From Octopus vulgaris (taxonomy: Eukaryota), in the NCBI GenBank assembly GCA_951406725.2, contig OX597826.1, positions 1,612,001-1,676,000 of the forward strand: 64,000 bases of DNA. Reading direction: 5' to 3'. The notes beneath the pieces were generated by a model, which had not been told where the DNA came from, did no database searches, and saw only the letters and a program-made list of their open reading frames with translations. The position numbers were made by a program, and so were the translations under genes. Below, piece after piece: positions 39,056 through 51,640 of this stretch; position 1 is the first letter of the stretch; each line of letters starts with the position of its first letter.

Positions 39056-40959
39056 CAGACTGAACAAACTTTATTCTCTGCAACAAACTGGTCCAATGCC
39101 AAGAAACCTCCAGAATAACAAACAATAGGATCAGCCCAAATAAATCATCCGCTCTCTCTCTCACACACACACACACACATACACACACACATGTACAAAG
39201 TCTGTGTTTGAAAGTATGTGGTCTAATGGTTAGACAGTTATACTATCAATGATAAGGTTGTGTGTTCGATTCACAGACCAGGTAGCACATTGTGTCTGGG
39301 TGTGTGTGAGTGAGATGGTGGGAAGGCAAGGTGGCAAGGTATTTCATTACACATTGCTATAAGTCTATCTACGCACCTGAAAATTGCCTGTCTGCTGCAG
39401 AGTGGCACCATACCGATCATTAACCCCCTAAATTTTGCAAAATGTCAATGGCATTGATGGCTGCCAAATACTAGATGCCAAGGGAGCTTTATTTATATTT
39501 AGAGAGAGAAAGAATGAGAATGAGGGCAAGGGAAAGAAAGGGAGGCTTCTTTTCATATATATATATATATATATATAAATATGTAAACAGAGAGGTAAAC
39601 ATGTGGTTAAGACATTAAGGAGTGGCTAGATAATATTTCACCACTTACGATGAGCAGTTATTTATTCTTCAGGTTTTGGTACATGTGGAACACTGAAGAC
39701 AAAAGTGTCTTGAAATTTCAGAAACACACATAATATATATATATATATATTTATTTATTTATATATATCATCAACATGCCATCACTGGTATCAGTCACAT
39801 CTGGTAAACTTTGGTTACAGTTAATGCTTTCGGATACATACATACATACATACATAACACACACACACTCATATAGATGGATGTATGGATGTATGTGCGT
39901 GTGTGTGTGTGTGAGTGCGCACAAGCAAACATTGAAAATATTTATGTTTGTGTCTGCAGTTATGAATATACACCCACTCATACACACATGTATTTATTAC
40001 AGAAGATGCTTTGATGCTGGGAGGAGGAGGAGAATATCTATCTACATTGCACACAAAGTGTAGAGTATAACTGAGAGATGTGTAAACCTGCACTGCCTTG
40101 CTCTCTCTCTCTCTCTCTCTCTCACTCAACCAACTTTCATAAGCTTAAAAGGAAATTGCTCTTACAATGTACAGTGCATGCTGGGTGCACTCTCTCTCTC
40201 TCTCTCCCTCACTCTACCTACATTATATATATACACATATATATATATATATGTATATACGTACATACATTTTGAAAGTGTTACTCTTGTAATCAGCATC
40301 ATTAGAATAATCCTCATCAAAGTCAACCTGTTTTTTTTTTTTATTCTTTTATTTTCTTATGATGATGACAATAACGAGCATCATCATCATCATCATCCTC
40401 TCTGTTTCCAGTTGCCTACCAACAGTATTATAACACCACCACCAATCATCATCATCATCATCAACATGAGAGATATCATTACCTGTACCAGCTACACCCT
40501 CTTCCTCTCGGCTAACAGCCACCATCATCATAACCACCATCATCATAACCACAAGTAAAACTCATCCTTTACTCCTTCCTCTTCCTACTCTTTTCCCCTA
40601 TTGCTCTCCTTTCCTCCTCCTCACCTCTCCCCTCCTCATTGTCACCACTCCCACCAACATCATAATCATCATTATCCTCATCAATTTTTAATATTGTTTT
40701 AATGACCAAAATTCCCATCGCAATATGAGTTATATAGACCTATTGTTTGAAAAATTTGATAAATCCTCATTTGTGTTGGTCATGTGTATCATCTCGTCTC
40801 TAAGGTTCCAAACACCCTGAGATCTAATTGCATTGTTTCTTTCCATGTGAACCTTGGTTGTTTCTCTTCGGCAAAAGTGTCTTCTTCCTTCTGTTTGTGC
40901 CTGGGACTCATTTGTATCCCATTGCTATTAAGGCAAACACACAAATAGGGAGAGGGGGG

Positions 40960-41062
40960 AGGGGAGGGAGAGAGAGAGAGAGAGAGAGAGAGACAAAGAG
41001 AGAAATAGACAGAGAGAGAGACAGACAGAAAGATAGAGAGACAGACAGACAGAGAGACAGAC

Positions 41063-41095
<33 letters not shown>

Positions 41096-41104
41096 GAGAC
41101 AGAC

Positions 41105-41141
<37 letters not shown>

Positions 41142-41278
41142 GAGACAGACAGAGAGATAGAGAGACAGACAGACAGAGAGACAGACAGAGAGAGACAGAC
41201 AGAAAGATAGAGAGACAGACAGACAGACAGAGAGACAGACAGAGAGAGACAGACAGACAGACAGACAGAGAGACAGAC

Positions 41279-41311
<33 letters not shown>

Positions 41312-41408
41312 GAGAGAGACAGACAGAGAGATAGAGAGACAGACAGACAGAGAGACAGACAGAGAGAGACAGACAGAAAGATAGAGAGACAGACAGACAG
41401 AGACAGAC

Positions 41409-41441
<33 letters not shown>

Positions 41442-41450
41442 GAGACAGAC

Positions 41451-41483
<33 letters not shown>

Positions 41484-41492
41484 GAGAGAGAC

Positions 41493-41535
<43 letters not shown>

Positions 41536-41770
41536 CAGACAGAAAGATAGACAGACAGAGAGAGAGAGAGAGAGCGAGACAGACAGAAAGAGAGACAGAC
41601 AGAGAGAGAGAGGGGCAGAGAGAGAGAGAGCAAGAGAGCGAGAACGAGCAAGAGAGCGAGAACGAGAGAGAGAGAAAGAGTGAGACAGACAGCCAATAAG
41701 TGACAGGCAGAGAAAGATAGACATATAGATCGTGAGAGAGAGATAGACACAGACAGACAGACAAACAGGC
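40960..41770. repeat. Compound (AGAC)n/(AG)n microsatellite
   Basis: Directly visible. Source of the CLSV-repeat ORFs. Confidence 0.95.
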
Positions 41771-43129
41771 TGACAGATAGATGGATAAGTAGGCAGAAGA
41801 ACAAAAACCTACATTGTTCAAAGAGCCCCCCCCCCCCCATGACAGCCAGCTTTCCATGGTCAAGATAAGTCCTGCCTAACCAGGGAAACCCTGAGAGTGA
41901 AGGGTTGGATGGTTTCAGTTCTTTGTTTTTTGTTTCTTTTAACAAGTGTCAAAGCCACCGAATGGCCTCCTGCCTCAGAAACACAGAAGAGAGGAAAGAA
42001 ATAGCAGCAACCAGATGTGAAATCCATCAGAGATTAAAGGAGGTCACAGAAGTTACAATGAATCCTTTGTACTACGAACTATTATTATTATTATTACTAT
42101 TATTATTGAGAAGGCAGTGAGCTGGCAGAATCGTTAGCATGTGGGGCAAAATGCTTGGCATTCTGAGTTCAAATTCTGCTGAGGTCGACTTTGCCTTTCA
42201 TCCTTTCGGGTTCAATAAATTAAGTACCAGTGAAACACTGGGGTCGATGTAATTAACTAGTGCCCTCCCCCAAAATTTCAGGCCTTGTGCCTTTAGTAGA
42301 AAGGATTATCATCATTATTATTGTTGTTGTTGCTGTTGTTATTAGGCAGAGAGTTGGTAGCATTGTTAGTCCTGTGGACAAAATGCTTAGTGGCTTTTCT
42401 TACAACTTTATGTTTTGAGTTCAATTTCCACTGAGGTTGATAAAAAAAAAAACAAGGAAGAATCTGCCCAATACTGGAACTGATGCAGTCAATTTACCCA
42501 CCCTCAACAGCACTGGCCTTGTGCTCAAATTTGAAACCACGAAACTCGTAGGGCAGAGCATCCAAATTGGGGCGATTAGACCCTTGCATGACCACTCAAC
42601 ATGTCCTGTTGCTGTTATTGGCCGTTTGCAGTGCCATGCCTCTTCTGCTGAGAGTTGTGGGAATAGGAAATTGGAAGAACCAAATGAGACAGGCTCTGCA
42701 ATATGTATGTTTCTTGCCCTAAAGATACCCTTTATGGTGAGAAACCCAGGGTAACCCCAGAAACAGGCCTTCACCAGTAATAACTATATATCATCATCAT
42801 CATCATTGTTTAACGTCCTCCTCCCATGATGGCATGGGTTGGACGGTTCGACAGGAGCTGGCCAAGCAGAGGGCAGCACCAGACTTCTGTGTGTTTTGGC
42901 AAGGTTTTTACAGCTGGATGCCCTTCCAAATATCAACCACTTTACAGTGTGGACTGAATGATAATTATATGGCACCACTGGCAGGGTCAAGTAACTTGTA
43001 GGACAAAAAAACCATTTGAGAGGAGAAAGGGAATTGGAGGAGGTGACCTTGTGTTGGAAGATGAAAGGTTGGAGTGCAAGAGAGAGACAGAAACAGGCAT
43101 CTTGCTGTGGAGGAGGTACATGGTTACTG

Positions 43130-43173
<44 letters not shown>

Positions 43174-43381
43174 TGAGAGGTATTGGTATTCAGAAGACCA
43201 AAGATGGCAGGTAAGGCTATGTAAGTGCTACAGGAGGGCCATAGTTAGACTCAGTTCAACAATAATACAAGTGAGGACTCTAATGTGGGTCTTGCGTGAG
43301 CATGTGTATGTGAAATAAAATGAGACAACCTTGGTTTTGTTGTCTCATTTTATTTAACACACACACACACACACACGTGTA

Positions 43382-43429
<48 letters not shown>

Positions 43430-43437
43430 CACATATA

Positions 43438-43735
43438 TATCTATACAATAATATGTTACATTACTCGATAGTCAAGATAAAACTCTGAGTTTCAGATGCC
43501 GAAGTGGAAATCCACAACACCATCTCTTCGGTTATCTGGCTATTTGAAAACGCTATAGCTTTTTCAAATAGCCAGATAACCGAAGAGATGTCGTGGATTC
43601 CCACTTCGGCATCTGAAACTCAGAGTTTTATCTTGACTATCGAGTAATGTAACATATTATTGTATAGATAAATTTCCTCTATTTACATAATATTGAGGTC
43701 TCTTTCTTTCTTTTGTTATCTTACCGTTTTACCAA
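43438..43735. mobile_element. Second inverted hammerhead-bearing element (same family as 10545-10852), within (TA)n
   Basis: Near-perfect palindrome 43438-43670 centred on GCTATAGC, plus tail 43671-43735. Each arm reads AGATAA-CCGAAGA-GATG..CATC-T-GAAA-CTCAGAG-TT-TTATCT. Confidence 0.78.
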
Positions 43736-44724
43736 TATATATATATATATATATAGGCACACATATATACATGGCAGGCTTATTTCAGTTTCAGTGTACC
43801 AAATCTTTGGTCAGCCTAAGGCTATAGCAGAAGACATTTTCTCAAGGTGCCATGCAGTGGGACTGAACCCAGAACCATATGGTTGAGAAGCAAACTTCTT
43901 ACCATACAGCCACGCCTCATATATGTATGTATTTGGATGCATGTGTGACTGTGTGTGCCTGTATGTATATGTTTATGTGCATGCATGATGTGTGTGTCTA
44001 TGAGTGTGATCTACGTTTGATTCTATGTGTGTATCTGTGTGAATGGAATGTATATATGTATGCATGTCTGCTCCTGTATAAGTGCATTGTTTGTGTGTGT
44101 GTGTGTGTCTATGTATATGCATATTTGCATGTGTGTTTCTGTGATATTTTTGTGTGTGAATGTACGATTTCATTTGCATGAGCAGGTGTGTACATGAATA
44201 GGTAAGCCTGTCAAATATTTTGGTGTATATGTGTGTATGTATGAGAGAGTGAGAGCGTGTGTATACATGTGTGAGTGTGTGTGTGTGTGTAACAGTATAT
44301 GTGGTTGTATGTTTGTTTTGCAAGTTAGTTTCAACATTCCTTATTTCCAAAATTACAGCCCTCCTTAACGACATACCTTCACTGATTACTTGCTACCTGC
44401 TCAATGCAAATGTTGCCGCTGCTGATGATGATGATGGGAATGTTGATGATGATTGTGATGATTACCATAATGATTGTGACGACTGATGATGATGATGATG
44501 ATGATTGCAATGATGATCAGGATGGTGATGATGATGATGATGATCATGAAGATTTCTTTTAAACACAAATTCCACATTAACTAACCTAATATTTAACTCT
44601 GCTATTCTTTCACCACCTCCACCACCACCACAACCACCGTAGTAACAACAACAGCAATAACACTTGCATAAGCTCACTCACCTGCAAATACATGTACACA
44701 CACACACATTAGTACATACATATG

Positions 44725-45175
44725 TAGAGAGAGAGGGAGAGAGAAAGGATGGGAGAGGGAGAGCGGATGGGAGAGGGAGAGAGGATGGGAGAAAGAGAGA
44801 GGATGGTAGAGAGAGAGAGGATGGGAGAGAGAGAGAGGATGGGAGAGAGAGAGAGGATGGGAGAGAGAGAGAGGATGGGAGAGAGAGAGGATGGGAGAGA
44901 GAGAGGATGGGGGAGAGAGAGAGGATGGGAGAGAGAGAGAGAGGATGGGAGAGAGAGAGGATGGGGGAGAGAGAAAGGTATGGGAGAGAGGGGGAGAGAC
45001 AGGATAGGAGAGAGAGAATAGGAGAGAGAGAATAGGAGAGAGAGAGGATGGGAGAGAGAGAGGATGGGGAGAGAGAGGATGGGGAGAGAGAGGAGGGATG
45101 AGAGAGGAGGGATGAGAGAGGAGGGATGAGAGAGGGAAAGAGCGAGAGAGAGAAAGTAAGAGGGAGAGAGAGGAA
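44725..45175. repeat. Purine-rich compound repeat (GAGAGAGAGGATGG)n
   Basis: Directly visible. Confidence 0.93.
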
Positions 45176-45512
45176 AGACATTAAAAAAATACACACATGT
45201 TCACATTCAAACACTCACTCATGCATAGATGTACACAGAGGTATACACAACCACACACATCTACTGCCAAAGACATACAGCAGAAACACCCATACACATA
45301 CAGACACATGCACACACACACACATATAATGATATACACGTGTGTGTGTGCAGACATCTGAATATATACATATGTAGGTAGGTGTGCATATGTTCAAATA
45401 TATGTATGTGTGCACATGTGTGTATATATACATATTTACATACACACACATATTTATAGATATATAATATATACATGTATGTATATGAGCATATGTGTAA
45501 ATGAATATATAC

Positions 45513-45543
<31 letters not shown>

Positions 45544-45571
45544 CTGTATATGTGTGTATGCTAATGTATTG

Positions 45572-45602
<31 letters not shown>

Positions 45603-46737
45603 ACCCATGCTAGCATGGAGAACGGACGTTAAACGATGATGATGATGATGATATATATATACACACACACCAATACTTTAGCATACACACATATACAGCA
45701 CACACACACATATAATGATGTACAGTTGTGAATGTGTGTATATGTATGTATGCATGTGGGTGTGTGTGTGTATATAGATATATGTATCGGTATGTAGATA
45801 TATATATGTGCATATATACATATGTATGCATGCGTATAAATAAACATATTTACATACAATCAGTCTTGCAGAAGTATACGATGCATAAACACGTACACAC
45901 ACAGACCAGCACACATGCATATCCAAACACATACATGCATGTACACATCTTCACATACCTACACACACACACACACACACACACTGAAGACCATATGTAC
46001 AACTTCTCACCACATTTCCAAATCTCTTCAGCACAAAAATGCCTTCACCTTTCGTCCTTTCTTTATTTTGGTTTTGTTTTGTTATATTTTTGTAGCATTT
46101 GTTTGTTTTTTTATGTATTATATACTTTTTATTAAAATATATTTTAATTTCTTTTTTCCCCATTTCATAGAATTCCTGCATCTATTCAAAATGGTATTCA
46201 TGGATCTTCAACTCATCCAACACCTTAACGATTCTCCCAAGCCATGATTTCCAACATAAGCACAAGACATTAAATTTGAGGGAAGGGGCATTGTCAATTA
46301 CATCCATCCTCCATTACTTGACATATACCTTATTTTATTGACCTGGGAAAGATGAACAGCAAAGTTGACCTCAGCAGGGTTTGAACACAGAATATAAAAA
46401 AAAGCCACCTACAAGGAATTTTGTCTGTTAATGCTCTCCTGATTCTGCTATCATCTGAAGTTATGCTTACTTCTGAGCTGATGTGTGAATATACTTTGGC
46501 TTCTTAATCAGCTTTGATCATTAAAAATATGCTTTCATCTCCATAACTGTTCTAATTACCATCTGGATGGTGTCCAAGATAAATAGAAGTGGGTATAATT
46601 GTGTCTGGTAACAGCAGGGGCCGTGTGGGTTGGAGACTGCTGTGGCCAAATAATGCATCCTCACTTCCTTCACTTTACATCTGCCATCGAGATGAGGCAG
46701 GTGAAGGGAGAGAACATTCCGGGCAGTTGCAGGGAGG

Positions 46738-46780
<43 letters not shown>

Positions 46781-46938
46781 ACACCAGCATTTGTCTGGCA
46801 TTAATTTCAGTTGAGGAAATCAGAGTTATGAGGAATGAAGTGCCTTGCTCAAGGATACAAGGTGGTGCTTCATCCAGGAATCAAACCAACAACCTTCTGA
46901 TCATGAGTCAAACACTGTTACCACCAAGTCAAATGGTT

Positions 46939-46980
<42 letters not shown>

Positions 46981-46984
46981 AGTC

Positions 46985-47434
46985 TGTCAAGGCTGACAGG
47001 AAGCGTTGATGCTTCCTAGGGCTAAATAGCAGTGGTGTGATTCCCTTCATGGGACTGTCACATTAAGTTGACAGTATACAACTACTCTATCGTACCACTA
47101 CTGCTTATATCTCTCTGGGATATTTAGAAATGTAATATTTCTATTTTTGTAATCAGTGGATTTATTTCACTAGAATTCTTATATGTTTACAAAGTCTAGA
47201 CAAGCATCTCCAGCTAGCAGGTCATGCTACTCCAGACTGATGACGAGCAAGACTCAGAAACTAGTCTCTGGATGCAGGCTTAGCTGGGTGGAGGTGCTTG
47301 TCCCCACCCCTTGTAAACATAAGGACACAGGAAATGTGTCAAGGCCGACAGGAAGCATTGATGCTTCCTAGGGCTAAATAGCGGTGGTATGATTCTCTTC
47401 ATGGGACTGTCACATTAAGTTGACAGTATACAAC

Positions 47435-47438
<4 letters not shown>
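46985..47438 (+). mobile_element. Retrozyme/pLTR-like element: 352-bp unit plus ~102-bp direct terminal redundancy, flanked by (TA)n
   Basis: 46985-47086 repeats at 47337-47438 with few substitutions. HHR motif in the middle. Confidence 0.78.
47231..47272 (+). ncRNA. Minimal type-I hammerhead ribozyme motif
   Basis: TCCAGA-CTGATGA(47237-47243)-cGAG caaga CTCa-GAAA-CTAG-TC-TCTGGA. Perfect 6-bp stem I, palindromic stem III ACTAGT, GUC site after 47266. The first stem II pair is mismatched. Confidence 0.75.
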
Positions 47439-47477
<39 letters not shown>

Positions 47478-47486
<9 letters not shown>

Positions 47487-48240
47487 CAGTTATTGTCATC
47501 TAAATTATGCAAAAATGAAAATAACACTAACATCTCATTTTAACAGATACATTTACCAAAATTACATAAAAACATCTGGAAATACTAAAGAATTAATTTA
47601 TTCAATAATATTGCCATAGGCTTCAACCACAGCCTCCAGATGACTTTGGAATCTCCTGCAAATCTTCTGGACAGTCTCCTTGTTTAAGTTGGTAAATGCT
47701 GCCATAATCCTTGCCTTCAGTTCATGTTTGGAGTTTTGTTGGTCTCTCGCTCAACTGCACACCTCACATAATAATAAAGGGGGTTGCAGTCTGGGGTGTT
47801 AGGCAGTCACCTTCTTGACCCATGGAAGCATTACATCCTCCAGGCACTTGATATAGACATCTATGTCGAGTCTGAGGACATGTGGGAAAATGAATGGGGG
47901 CATAATATCATCACTAGTGATCCCTCCAAACACCATGATGTTGACTGGATGTTTGATTTTTATTACTCTCGGTACATGTTTTGGGGACACAGCAAGCCAA
48001 ACATTGTTCTGTGTGTTCACCATCTGTTCAAATTGGAACTTCTGGTGTGAATGCCAAGCAGTACAGCATGTTGTTTCCAAATTTCTTACAGACTGAATCA
48101 CGTCATGGTGCTGTTTTTCTCACAGACAGTGCCCAACTGACACTACTATACTGTGTAGTTGGCAAAATCAAAAACAAACAATTTGCATGTGCGAAATTAA
48201 TAATATAAAACGGCAACAATTTACCCATCACACCTTGTAT
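47478..48240 (-). mobile_element. maT/DD37D-type Tc1/mariner transposon, internally deleted
   Basis: Minus peptides NTQNNVWLAVSPKHVPRVIKIKHPVNIMVFGGITSDDIMPPFIFPHVLRLDIDVYIKCLEDVMLPWV, PNTPDCNPLYYYVRCAVERETNKTP and ELKARIMAAFTNLNKETVQKICRRFQSHLEAVVEAYGNIIE*. TIR TA|CAAGGTGTGATGGGTAAATTG at the right end. The second-D region is deleted, so the family call rests on flanking motifs. Confidence 0.78.
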
Positions 48241-50714
48241 ATGTGTGTGTGTATACATAATAACACTTGTTTACAATATATTTATTGCATATCATAAATT
48301 GTAAATAGCTTTGAAAAGGGGAAACAAATAATCTTGGATTAAGATTATTAGATTATTTTTAGATAATCCCCTAAAAACATGACATTAAGCAATGGCAATA
48401 AACTGAAGTGTAAACAAACTAGATTTATTTCATTGTTTTGAGTATTTGTCCAAGAATTAAACAATTAAGCCATGCTTCTGGACATATTATGATTCTTGTT
48501 CAGTCATTCGTGTGTATGGGTGTGTGTGTGTGGGTGTGACTGTGTAACTGTGCATGTCTGTATGTGTCAGAGAGAGAGAGAGAGAGAGAGATGCTGATGA
48601 TAAAAGCTTTATTAATTTCAAAATTTAGTTTAACAACTCCATCATCATACTTTTGATTTTAAAAAAAAGTATAACTCTCTTCTTTCACTCTATATGTGAG
48701 TGTATATATGTGTGTATATATGTGTGTATATATGGCCAATTCGTTGCCAGAGCAACCACTGGCTTCTGTGCCAGTGGCAAGTAAAAGGGCACCATTCGAG
48801 CGTGATCGTTACCAAAGTCGCCCTACTGGCACCTGTGCCGGGGGCATGTGTAAAAGGATTCGAGCGAGGTCATTGCCAGTACCGCCTGAATGGCCCCCAT
48901 GCCGGTGGCACGTAGAAAGCACCTACTACACTCCCGGAGTGGTTGGCATTAGGAAGGGCATCCAGCTGTAGAAACTGCCAAATCAAGATTGAAGCCTGGT
49001 GCAGCCATCTGGTTCGCCAGCCCTCAGTCAAAATCGTCCAACCCATGCTAGCATGGAAAGCAGATGTTAAATGATGATGATGATATGTATGTATGAATGA
49101 AACAAAACATGAAAATGGAAATTTTTTGATATTTATTCTCCATTACATGTGTTTCATTTGCTAATTGGAATTACAAAGATTGACATGTTAGACATGTAAG
49201 AAATTTGGTATTAGAAATTCATCAGACAGAAACTTACATGTATGTGTGTGTGTAAAGGTCCATAAGTCAGGAAAAAGATGCACTCGTACATCTGTCAATA
49301 GAGAGGGTATATTATCTGAAGTGTACAATATCATACATCCATCACAGCTGATATATCGGTTACCTCTGATGAGTGTAGGGTTATATAATCGGATTGTGAA
49401 ACCGATGGATATATGATACTGCATATTTCAGGTTATATATGTGTGTGTGCGTGTGTATTTATTGTCACACTAAGAGGCAGTGCATGGTAAATATTTGAAA
49501 TGTTTTAACTGAGGAAGATCTTGTATAATGGATGCATTTCCTGTTATATATTACAGACCTGAAATGTACATAATAAATGATATCTAAATATTACTGTTTG
49601 GCTTGACTTCATTATTACAACTTATATGACTCAATGTCCGTATAAAACCAGCCAGTTCAGACTCCACTTTATATATGGCATGGCTGTGTGGTAAGAAGTT
49701 TGCTTCTCAACCACATGGCTCCGGGTTCAGTCCCATTGCATGGCACCTTGTGTATCTTCTACTATAGATTCAGGCCAACCAAAGCCTTGTGAGTGGATTT
49801 GGTAGAAGGAAACTGAAAGAAGCTGGTCCTCTATGTGTGTGTGTGTGCGTCTGTGCGTCTGCAGAGTAGTTGCTGTAAAAACCCTGCCAAAACAGACAGA
49901 GTGGCCTAGAGTAGTTTTCTGCCTCCCTGGCTTCCGTCAACTGTCCTATCCATGGAAGCATGGAAGATGGGCTTTAAATGATGATGATGATGATATAGAT
50001 ACACACACACACACATGATGGGCTTCTTTCAGTTTCTATCTACCAAATTCACTCACAAGTCTTCAGTTGGCCCGGGTTACAGTAGAAGACTTGCCCAAGG
50101 AGTCATGCAGTGAGATTGAACCTCAAAAAAACCCATGCTGCTTGAAGCAATCTTAACCACACAGCCACACACACACGTATATATATATAAACTCAATCGC
50201 AAAGAAAGTTCTCAAGTTCTGAGTTGATGGAGAAGGTGGTGCAAAGAAAAAAGAAATTACTATTATCAGATTACAAGACAGGAGACACATTTCTGCAATA
50301 ACAGAGTAATAATACTCTTGTAGAATTTGCAGGCAAGTTTACAGCAGCTCTGTGGAACTTGGCACAATATTGTTACCATAGTACGAAAGATGTCATTATA
50401 CAAAAAAAAGAAAATGTACTTTTACGCAAGAACCAAAGTGCCAAAATCTACAACACCTTCTTTATTCCCCTTCCTGTAACTCTTGTCAGTTGTCAAGCGA
50501 TGGTAGGTGGGTGGGACAAACACAGAAACAAGGACATAAATATATGCATACATGATGGGCTTCTTTCAGTTTCCATCTATAAAATCCATTCATGGCCTTT
50601 GTTCAGCCTGGGGCTACAGTAGAAGACACTTGCTCAAGATGCCATGCAGTGGAACTGAACCATGAACTACGTGCTTGGGTAACAAGCTTCTTACCACACA
50701 GTCACTCCTGTGCC

Positions 50715-50762
<48 letters not shown>

Positions 50763-50805
50763 GCAATCAAAATGTACAGTATTATATATACATGACAGCC
50801 AATCT

Positions 50806-50883
50806 TACCAACTGGTTTCACACTAGGGGTTCAACAATGTTAGGTAACAGTCAGATTATGTAACCCTACACTCATCAGAGGTA
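50806..50883 (-). ncRNA. Decayed hammerhead motif (inverted, internally deleted paralogue at 49361-49406, +)
   Basis: TACCT-CTGATGA-GTGTAGGGTT...AACCCCTAGTGT-GAAA-CCAG-TT-GGTA. The 49.4 kb copy shares TACCTCTGATGAGTGTAGGGTTA.ATAATC and TGTGAAACC. Confidence 0.45.
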
Positions 50884-51214
50884 GCTATTATGGAATGAAA
50901 CATGGTGACTGCTCTCTATTGTTGGAGGTGCATATACACATCCAGTTAGTGTTTGCTGTGAAAAAGATTATGAACAAATTGAGCAGGGAATTGAGTTAAG
51001 AGTTATGACCCTTGGTACCAAAACATCATCTGGGGGGGGGGGGTGCCAGTCGGCAAGAATCCTCTGGAAAAGAGTTTGGGGGAAATGCGTGTGCCTCTAA
51101 GGCTGGTGTTCATGTGGAAATGTGTGTAGTGGTACTTAATGTATAGGCTTTGCAGGGAGAAGAGGGGGGGGCATACAAATCTGAGTTCGTTAGTGTTTTC
51201 TTTCTTCATTTTTA

Positions 51215-51420
51215 CTTTATTCTTTTGTTTCAGGCATTTGACTGTGGCCATGTTGGAGCACCACTTTTTAGTCAAACAAATCGACCCCAGGGCTTATTCT
51301 TTGTAAGCCTAGTACTTATTATATCGGTCTCTTTTGCTGAACCGTTAAGTTACAGGGATGTAAACAGACTAACATCGGTTTTCAAGCAATGGTGGGAGAA
51401 CAAACACAGACACACAAACG

Positions 51421-51466
<46 letters not shown>

Positions 51467-51640
51467 TACACATTACGACAGGTTTCTTTCAGTTTCCATC
51501 TACCGAATCCACTCACAAGGCTTTGGTCGGCTCAAAGCTATAGTAGAAGACAATTGCATAAGGTGCCATGCAGTGGGACTGAACCCGGAACCATGTGGTT
51601 GGTAAGTAAGCTACTTACCACACAGCCACTCCTGCACCTA
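51215..51640 (-). mobile_element. SINE family B, complete
   Basis: tRNA-like head (GGTGCAGGAGTGGCTGTGTGGTAAG...GGTTCCGGGTTCAGTCCC), body, internal TA/TG microsatellite and tail. Confidence 0.88.

Noticed and set aside
40789-41945. 311-345 aa Ser/Leu/Cys/Val ORFs
   Set aside because: Translations of the (AGAC)n/(AG)n microsatellite. The short unique tail (QPRFTWKETMQLDL) might be an RTE C-terminal relic but is too short to call.
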